Positions 43,336 through 48,963 of a stretch of 48,963 nucleotides of DNA are shown in pieces. Source of the DNA: a virus (taxonomy: Duplodnaviria > Caudoviricetes); the IMG/VR virus record IMGVR_UViG_3300037467_000240, positions 1 through 48,963 of that record. One strand, given 5' to 3'. Made by a program: the position numbers and the translations under genes. Positions within the stretch are counted from its first letter, which is position 1. Each line of letters starts with the position of its first letter. Under the pieces are notes generated by a model. The model was given only the letters and a program-made list of their open reading frames with translations. It had not been told where the DNA came from and did not search any database.

Positions 43336-43820
43336 GACGCACTCACCGACATCAGCTCGCTCACCTTCCCCGGCTGGATGCGATCAAAGGCGCGCTCCAT
43401 GCCCGTGTACTGGAAGGATTTGTTGCGGTTGCGCACCAGCTCGGCGCGGAGATAGCCGTGGTCCTCCACCACCGGCGACAACACGGTGATGTTGCTAACC
43501 CATCGCAGCTGGTAGAGGTCCCCGGCTGCGTCGGTCACGTAGTCCCCGGCCTGGGCCGGGAGGCTGGTGTTCATGTAGCGCTGGACCGCCGCTTCCAGCG
43601 CCGTGACCCACGCTAGGGTGAACGCGTTATCCACACCCTTGCTGGTCAGGAGGCTCTGGGTCAGCTCACGGCCCAACACCGTCACGATGCTCTCAAGAGC
43701 ATACAGCTCCATCAGGTCCGGCAGGTCTGCGTCCTCCCGCCGCCTGAGGTCTTGGGCCATCGTGGTGAAGGCGTCAGCCATCCGACTGATCACCGTGATC
43801 GAGCTGTTGTTCTGAATCAT
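43332..43820 (-). CDS. hypothetical protein
   Basis: Coupled ORF. Confidence 0.6.
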   Translation of the reverse strand: MIQNNSSITVISRMADAFTTMAQDLRRREDADLPDLMELYALESIVTVLGRELTQSLLTSKGVDNAFTLAWVTALEAAVQRYMNTSLPAQAGDYVTDAAGDLYQLRWVSNITVLSPVVEDHGYLRAELVRNRNKSFQYTGMERAFDRIQPGKVSELMSVSAS

Positions 43821-44005
43821 TTCTTGTCCCTCTGCTCTGTTCTAGCTCTACGGATACAAGTTGCATGGGCGTAGGCAATCGCACCAGCTGGCACTTCGTA
43901 CCCAAGGAATTTCAAAATCGTGGTTGAGCCTATGCCTCCTGGCTTCCCACAGATGCCGCAGCACCGGACGTTCGGATCAGATCGCTTGAGCGGGATGCCC
44001 ATCAC
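43817..44005 (-). CDS. small Zn-finger-like protein
   Basis: CGIC...HATC. Confidence 0.5.
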   Translation of the reverse strand: MMGIPLKRSDPNVRCCGICGKPGGIGSTTILKFLGYEVPAGAIAYAHATCIRRARTEQRDKK

Positions 44006-44250
44006 TTCCCCTCCAAATGCTTCCGCATCACACGGTCCTGCTCTGCGAGCTGCGTCTTGAGATTGGCTAGCCGCTCAGCCTTCGCCTGCCGGATCGGTAT
44101 GTCCATTCCCATGTCGATCAGCCTGCGGCAGGCCGCCCCCTCTCCTGCAGCGTGGACCATCACCGGGCCACGGTTCGGCAGGTTCGCATACCGAAGCCCA
44201 CGACCGCACCACTTGCAGCGAGCACGCATCAGGTTTGAGGGGATGTCCAT
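44002..44250 (-). CDS. small Zn-finger-like protein
   Basis: CKWC...H...C. Confidence 0.5.
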   Translation of the reverse strand: MDIPSNLMRARCKWCGRGLRYANLPNRGPVMVHAAGEGAACRRLIDMGMDIPIRQAKAERLANLKTQLAEQDRVMRKHLEGK

Positions 44251-44903
44251 CAGATGTACATAAGCTGCTTGGGGCTCAACGGCGTGGCGTACTGCGGCGA
44301 GGGATCGCGGAGCCAGGCGACCACCTGCTGAGCGAGCTTCCGGCGGAATTCGCTCTTGAGACGCTTGCTCTCGACCTGCTTGGCGAGCTTGATCACCCGC
44401 TCCAGATCGTCCTTGCGATAGGCCGCTTCTAGCCGCTTCACAGCAGACGGACGCACCCCGAACTCCCGAGCCAGCTCAGCGCGGCGCTTGGACGCCGACC
44501 GGCGCGACTGCACGTCGTACACCCGCTGACGGCGCTTGATCCAGGCTTCGTGGGCTGCCCGAACCTCAGGCGTCGCGTCTACATAGGAATTGTAGGATGG
44601 ATAGGACCAGCCACGAGTGGAGGCAAAGCAGATGTCTTCAGGCGATTGCGTTTCCGGGTTCCACACGACCATATGGAAATCACTGTCGTCATAGCCGTTG
44701 CGCTCATAGTCCTTGAGGCACAGGCCGATGTGGGTTTCATAGGTCCATAGACCAGTGGGGCCTGCGTGGTCCACGTAGACGTACTTGCGGCCGGTCTCAT
44801 CCCACTGGCCCAACTGGTAACCAGCCCCACGATGCGAGGCCTGGACGTTCTGCGCCCCTTCGGGGAGCTTGTCCGGGGTGAATTCGAAGCGAATGATCGC
44901 CAT
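44250..44903 (-). CDS. hypothetical early protein
   Basis: First gene after the promoter at 44937-44964; NGYDDSDF motif and a ..TPLSPKQ end. Confidence 0.7.
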   Translation of the reverse strand: MAIIRFEFTPDKLPEGAQNVQASHRGAGYQLGQWDETGRKYVYVDHAGPTGLWTYETHIGLCLKDYERNGYDDSDFHMVVWNPETQSPEDICFASTRGWSYPSYNSYVDATPEVRAAHEAWIKRRQRVYDVQSRRSASKRRAELAREFGVRPSAVKRLEAAYRKDDLERVIKLAKQVESKRLKSEFRRKLAQQVVAWLRDPSPQYATPLSPKQLMYI

Positions 44904-44936
44904 CTCAGTAGCTCCAACTCAGTTTCTAAGACAACT

Positions 44937-44964
44937 TGTAGCCTCACTCAGGGGATAGGTCAAG
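44937..44964 (-). promoter_or_regulatory. sigma70-type early promoter with TGACCTATCCCC box
   Basis: cTTGACctatcccctgagtgagGCTACAag. Confidence 0.75.
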
Positions 44965-44996
44965 CCCCAACGACAAATTAATTTTGCCGTTGGCAC

Positions 44997-45035
44997 GAAA
45001 AGGCCCCACCTGTGCGGGGAACACTGGCGGGGCCT
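44997..45035 (-). terminator. rho-independent terminator
   Basis: AGGCCCCGCC...GGTGGGGCCTTTTC on the minus strand. Confidence 0.7.
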
Positions 45036-45087
45036 CAGGGCAACTTCATTCAATGGGGGAAAGTAAGTGCAAGACCAGAACACTACT

Positions 45088-45351
45088 TCATGCGTCACCT
45101 CCCGGATCGCCGACGACCAGGTGAGCATCCGACTCAGCACCGGCGGGGTCTATCCCCGCTGCCTTGGTCGTCAGCGAGAGGAGCACCTTGTGGGCGTCAG
45201 CCTCGGTGTCGTGAGGTCCCTTGTACTTGAACCCCCACTCAGCGGCGTCGTCCACGACATGCCAGCCCTCAAAGATGGACTCCCGCAGGCCGCTCTCGTG
45301 GAACAGGTCTTCAGCCTCGCGCTCGCTCAGGTGTACCACTCGCAGAGTCAT
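45088..45351 (-). CDS. hypothetical acidic protein
   Basis: ATG 45351 after GAGGAG; the ORF-track TTG start is part of the promoter. Confidence 0.6.
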   Translation of the reverse strand: MTLRVVHLSEREAEDLFHESGLRESIFEGWHVVDDAAEWGFKYKGPHDTEADAHKVLLSLTTKAAGIDPAGAESDAHLVVGDPGGDA

Positions 45352-45388
45352 CCCGTCCACTCCTCTGTTTCTGCCACAGACATAGTGC

Positions 45389-45415
45389 TGTAGCTTGAGG
45401 CGGGGATAGGTCAAG
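45389..45415 (-). promoter_or_regulatory. sigma70-type early promoter with TGACCTATCCCC box
   Basis: cTTGACctatccccgcctcaaGCTACAgc; overlaps the stop of the GcrA-like gene. Confidence 0.72.
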
Positions 45416-45746
45416 AGGATTGATTGTCAACCCACCTCCGCACCAGGCGGCCCTTCCCGTCCCTCTGGGCAGTCTGGGAGAACTCTCGGGCACCGCCGCC
45501 CGCGTGGTGTAGACCCAGCCTATACGCACGTCCCACAACCGCGTTGTGGGTAGCTCCAAGCCGAGCGGCGATCACACGTACGGGCACGCCCTGCGCATAC
45601 CAGCGTCGCAGCTTCCCGTCCCTGTCGTCAGTGTGCCAGAAGGGGTGGAAGCGCTGCTGCTTGAGGATGACATGGCTGCGATCCTCCTGACCTTCCTCAA
45701 GCATGTGGAGATGGTCATCAGCAACATCAGGGTCTAGGATACGCAT
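45411..45746 (-). CDS. GcrA-family DNA-binding-domain protein
   Basis: WHTDDRDGKLRRWYAQGVPVRVIAARLGATHNAVVGRAYRLGL aligns by eye with the GcrA N-terminus (WTDERV..L..LW.EG.SAS.IA..LG.TRNAVIGK.HRLGL). Confidence 0.8.
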   Translation of the reverse strand: MRILDPDVADDHLHMLEEGQEDRSHVILKQQRFHPFWHTDDRDGKLRRWYAQGVPVRVIAARLGATHNAVVGRAYRLGLHHAGGGAREFSQTAQRDGKGRLVRRWVDNQSS

Positions 45747-45748
45747 AA

Positions 45749-46021
45749 CTACAGTCCAGCAGCTCTCTCAATCGCAGCTTTTACCATAGACTGCCAGACC
45801 CTGTACATAAGCCATCCAGCCTTGAGATCGCGGGTTACGTAGGTCCCGGCCTCGTATGTCAGTCTCTCACGTCGGTGGAGCATCCGGGCCAAGGCTGCCC
45901 GACGACGCTTCAGCTTCTTGGGCACCAGCCTGTAGTGTCTGCTGCATAGGTATTCCTGCCCAACGAACTTGGCCGACGTGTTGGGACACCCAGGGACCTC
46001 ACAGCAGACCCGGCTCACCAC
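45749..46021 (-). CDS. Cys/His-rich hypothetical protein
   Basis: CEVPGC...LCSRHY. Confidence 0.6.
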   Translation of the reverse strand: MVSRVCCEVPGCPNTSAKFVGQEYLCSRHYRLVPKKLKRRRAALARMLHRRERLTYEAGTYVTRDLKAGWLMYRVWQSMVKAAIERAAGL

Positions 46022-46341
46022 ACCACCAACACAAAGCGGTCAGCCTGCTCAAACTCAGCCTTGTCCCGAACCCAGAGCCCTGGAGGGTGAGGATAGAGGT
46101 GCTTGTACAGCACACGTTCCCGGCCGTCGTCAGCATCCCTGATAAGCTGCAGACGTGCGTACAGGCCGCCTTTCTTGTGCTTGAACAAGTTGCCGAAGGC
46201 TATCCAGCAGTTCACCTGGTCCATGCCGTACAGGTGGTCCAGCGCCTTCTGCTCATGCGGCTCTAGCCGATAGGTCGGACGCGAGGCTGTCCGTTGGACA
46301 TAGGTGTCGTCCTTTGGGTATGGACCCGGACCGGCCATCAC
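46015..46341 (-). CDS. DUF1653-like protein
   Basis: FKHKKGGLY...VLYKHLY...LWVRDKAEF...RF. Confidence 0.7.
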   Translation of the reverse strand: MMAGPGPYPKDDTYVQRTASRPTYRLEPHEQKALDHLYGMDQVNCWIAFGNLFKHKKGGLYARLQLIRDADDGRERVLYKHLYPHPPGLWVRDKAEFEQADRFVLVVW

Positions 46342-46772
46342 GGACCACTCCCATGAGCCGGCACCGCCCGGCCGATGTCGGCGCTCAGGGTGGACAGCTC
46401 GACCCCCAACATCCCCGCCAGCTTGCCCAGCGCTCGCTCCAGGGCCGTGACCCGAGCCTTGGTCCGCTCCAGCTCCTCACCGCCGAACATGTCCGGCTGT
46501 ACCGGTCCAGACGGCTGAGGCCTCCACAACAGCCCGAACTCCTCATTGCGTAGCTTGCCGACCGCCTTGGCGCCATGGCCAGGGTAGTCCGGGAAGGCCT
46601 CCCGAGCCACACGAGCATCGTCCCAGCCCTCGGCATACATGACGGTCCTGGGCTCATGAAGCATCAGGACCGTATGCTGCTCCAGCAGCTTCATCGCCGC
46701 GAAGCTCTGTCCCCGCGTCAGCTTCTTGAAGGATGGTTCGGGTCTGTTAGTTGCCATTGTAGTCCCTCTCAC
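46338..46772 (-). CDS. hypothetical protein with C-terminal coiled coil
   Basis: Coupled ORF; the start may be ATG 46757. Confidence 0.6.
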   Translation of the reverse strand: MRGTTMATNRPEPSFKKLTRGQSFAAMKLLEQHTVLMLHEPRTVMYAEGWDDARVAREAFPDYPGHGAKAVGKLRNEEFGLLWRPQPSGPVQPDMFGGEELERTKARVTALERALGKLAGMLGVELSTLSADIGRAVPAHGSGP

Positions 46773-47158
46773 TTGATGGTGACGGTCACGTTCCCAATCA
46801 CTGCGACGTCAACCGGTTTGATGCGATCCCTGATCCGGGTCCACAGGTGGTGCTCAGTCTTCCAATACGGTTGACCAGCCTTGGCAGCAATCCTGCGAGT
46901 GATGTGCTCCACGTCACTCCAAACATACCAGATGGCATGCCAACGCGGAGGGCGACCAAAGTCGAATAGACGCGGCTTGAAGATGCTGACCTCAAGGTGC
47001 AGTCCGCTGAAGATCACGGTGCCATCGTCACGCGACGTCATCAGATCGCGGCGGGTGAACAGCATCAGCCAGACCAGCCAGCCTGAATCGTGGTATATGT
47101 TGCGTCCAGCATAGAAACTGAACAGTTGTGGCTTGCGCTTCTTCACTTCAGCACCCAC
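46769..47158 (-). CDS. hypothetical protein
   Basis: Coupled ORF, Trp-rich. Confidence 0.5.
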   Translation of the reverse strand: MGAEVKKRKPQLFSFYAGRNIYHDSGWLVWLMLFTRRDLMTSRDDGTVIFSGLHLEVSIFKPRLFDFGRPPRWHAIWYVWSDVEHITRRIAAKAGQPYWKTEHHLWTRIRDRIKPVDVAVIGNVTVTIK

Positions 47159-47517
47159 GCCTTGTCGCAGTTGGGGCAGTAGCCGATCTCACGGTGGAAG
47201 CCCTTAGCAGACCTGACCCCGCTCAGCACGGTCAGGTCAGCATGCTCACAGTGATCCTCCGCCAGGCTCGGGGACACGCCTAGAAACACCGGAGGATGGC
47301 TGTAGCCGAGCCCCGTGATACCGAGCACAGCCGGATGGCCCGCGTTCAGCAGGCGCAGCTCCTCCGGCGTCGGCTCCCAGGCGGAACACTGAGCGTTGCC
47401 CGCAGCAGTCTGGATGTCTCGAACAGCCAGACTGCTGCACTCCCCGTGCTCCTCCGGGTTCCAGCCAGGAGGCTTGCCCAACCAACGGGTGAAGCCAGCG
47501 ATACGAGCGGGGATCAT
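47143..47517 (-). CDS. conserved hypothetical phage protein
   Basis: LGKPPGW..E.GEC..L..RD...SAWEPTPEEL..LNAG. Confidence 0.65.
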   Translation of the reverse strand: MIPARIAGFTRWLGKPPGWNPEEHGECSSLAVRDIQTAAGNAQCSAWEPTPEELRLLNAGHPAVLGITGLGYSHPPVFLGVSPSLAEDHCEHADLTVLSGVRSAKGFHREIGYCPNCDKAWVLK

Positions 47518-47999
47518 AGATTCAACGTTCCTTGTTGAGACGGCGGCACGTAGCGGCCCTTGTGAGTCACGGCGTCGCCGTTGGGCAGGATAACTGTCAG
47601 AGGTTTGCCAGCTTCAATGGTGTAGCGGATCGTGGCCCAGGTCCCAGATCGCAGCTGCTCCGTCATCTCGAATGGCAGCGCATACATCTGGAACGCAACC
47701 ATGACGATGTCCCGGTTGCGTGCGAGCGGTGGCTTGGGTGGATATCTGAAGTTGGCATTGACATACGCCCGGTGGTCCGGCGGGTCCATGGGGTGAGCGT
47801 AGCTCAGCCAGCCGAGCGACTTGATCATGTGGTGGACCTGCTCGTCAGCCCCTACGCAATCGCCGTGGTGGGCAACGAAGGTCTGGTTGCCACGATACCC
47901 GGACCAAACATGGAGCACCTTGCTCAGCCGCCGCAGCTGGGCTTCCGTCGCGCCGTGCCGGGTTCCAGTGAACCCGAAGTGAGTGAGCTGGGTCATCAC
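47514..47999 (-). CDS. SLOG-superfamily (DprA/YspA-like) nucleotide-binding protein
   Basis: GFTGTRHG, HHGDCVGAD, PLARNRDIV, SGTWATIRY. Confidence 0.75.
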   Translation of the reverse strand: MMTQLTHFGFTGTRHGATEAQLRRLSKVLHVWSGYRGNQTFVAHHGDCVGADEQVHHMIKSLGWLSYAHPMDPPDHRAYVNANFRYPPKPPLARNRDIVMVAFQMYALPFEMTEQLRSGTWATIRYTIEAGKPLTVILPNGDAVTHKGRYVPPSQQGTLNL

Positions 48000-48640
48000 A
48001 CGTCCAGAAGCACGCCACCAAGGCCGGAAAGTCCCCGGCCGAGAAGCAGCATATTGATGGTGTTCAGACGGGACCGGGCGTGGTCCGCGTCCATACGGTT
48101 GTACAGTCCGTCCAGCGACGGTTCCTGGCGGGAGCCCGGAGGACGCCAGAGCTGCGTAGGCTCATCCATGGCCACCACGTCAGGCCCCTGGCTCAGCATG
48201 ATGACCGTCTGGTCACTGGCCACAGCTATGGTGTGGATTTCCTCCGCCTTGTGAGCGTGGACCGATCCTGGCGGATACGTCTCAGCCGGCAACCTGTACA
48301 GGCGCGTGCGCCCGGCCCAATCGAACCCCTTGCCGCCGTTGAGCGGCGTCATGTAGTCGAAGCGCTCATACAGCTCGCTGAAGGGGTCCGGCTTCATCAC
48401 CCGTTCGTAGCGCCAGTTGCGCAGGCTACCGGCCAGCACCATGGTGGTGAAGTTGTAGCGGTGGTTGTGTGGTGCCAGGACCTCCGTGAGGTGGGCGATG
48501 TCGCCATCAAAGAAGTACACCTTGATGGTTTCGGTGGGGCTGCGCTTCAGGCAGATGTAGTCAAAGCCCTTGACGTGGAAGTCCCGGAAGCTGTTGTCCA
48601 GCACCGTCTTCAACGACACCACTGTTGGTATCCAGCCCAT
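47996..48640 (-). CDS. cupin-like protein
   Basis: PHNHRYNFTTMVLAG...EIHTI His pattern. Confidence 0.6.
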   Translation of the reverse strand: MGWIPTVVSLKTVLDNSFRDFHVKGFDYICLKRSPTETIKVYFFDGDIAHLTEVLAPHNHRYNFTTMVLAGSLRNWRYERVMKPDPFSELYERFDYMTPLNGGKGFDWAGRTRLYRLPAETYPPGSVHAHKAEEIHTIAVASDQTVIMLSQGPDVVAMDEPTQLWRPPGSRQEPSLDGLYNRMDADHARSRLNTINMLLLGRGLSGLGGVLLDV

Positions 48641-48854
48641 CCCTGTATTCCCTCAATGCTTTCTCAGCTTCTGCGTAGTCGGTGTACAGATTGTCTTCAG
48701 AAGGGATCAACGGCTGGGTCAAAATGTCCCAGCCCCACCTCTCCAGAACCCATTGCTGCAGGGTCAGTTTCCATCCCCCGTACACCGTCGTGATCCCCGG
48801 CTCCGGCTGTTCCGCTCTCTGGACGCGCAGGATATGGCCGAGGATCGTCAGCAC
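48561..48854 (-). CDS. hypothetical protein
   Basis: Fills the gap but overlaps the next ORF by about 80 nt; boundaries uncertain. Confidence 0.4.
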   Translation of the reverse strand: MLTILGHILRVQRAEQPEPGITTVYGGWKLTLQQWVLERWGWDILTQPLIPSEDNLYTDYAEAEKALREYRDGLDTNSGVVEDGAGQQLPGLPRQGL

Positions 48855-48963
48855 GCTTCAACTTCTCAAACAATCCCAGCTGGTGCAGCTGGCGCAGTTC
48901 GATCACCCTAAGCCGTTCGGGGATAAGCCGCCTCCGCTGGTCGATGAAGCGACATCTTCCAGC

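Noticed and set aside
44919-45140. 73-aa minus-strand ORF
   Set aside because: It runs across a terminator and a promoter and is probably spurious.
48855-48963. Gene at the right window edge
   Set aside because: No reading frame could be chosen with confidence from the short available sequence.
1-48963. Prophage/integrase, tRNA genes, DGR or reverse transcriptase
   Set aside because: No recombinase, RT, cloverleaf or host genes were recognised; the rest of the genome lies outside the window.

Overview
About 49 kb of a GC-rich tailed dsDNA phage with siphovirus architecture. Every credible gene is on the - strand; the long + strand ORFs are antisense shadows. In transcription order (right to left): a cluster of small early/accessory genes (SLOG-fold, cupin-like, DUF1653, a GcrA-like protein, a small lipoprotein, a receiver-less OmpR/PhoB winged-helix protein); TerS and TerL; an unusual three-gene insert (small beta protein, 981-aa Ig/beta-helix protein, signal-peptide beta-helix protein); portal; head genes (XkdF-like protease, scaffold, decoration, major capsid); tail genes (tube, frameshifted chaperones, 1766-aa tape measure, tip proteins); lysis (three membrane proteins, GH19 endolysin, i-/o-spanins); and DNA metabolism (SNF2 and RecD/Dda helicases, GIY-YIG endonuclease, class II ribonucleotide reductase). 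The GcrA homologue, the Caulobacter-type sigma70 promoters (TTGAC...GCTACA) and an alpha-r8/suhB-like sRNA point to an alphaproteobacterial host, possibly Caulobacteraceae. No integrase, tRNA or CRISPR array was seen. The most interesting signals are the phage-borne alpha-r8-like sRNA, a GcrA-like/winged-helix regulator pair with a recurring TGACYTATCCCC box, a candidate head-spike/depolymerase module between terL and portal, a symmetric four-repeat origin-like region, an antisense promoter facing the endolysin, and several recurring UTR motifs. All calls come from motif recognition by eye; no database searches were run.
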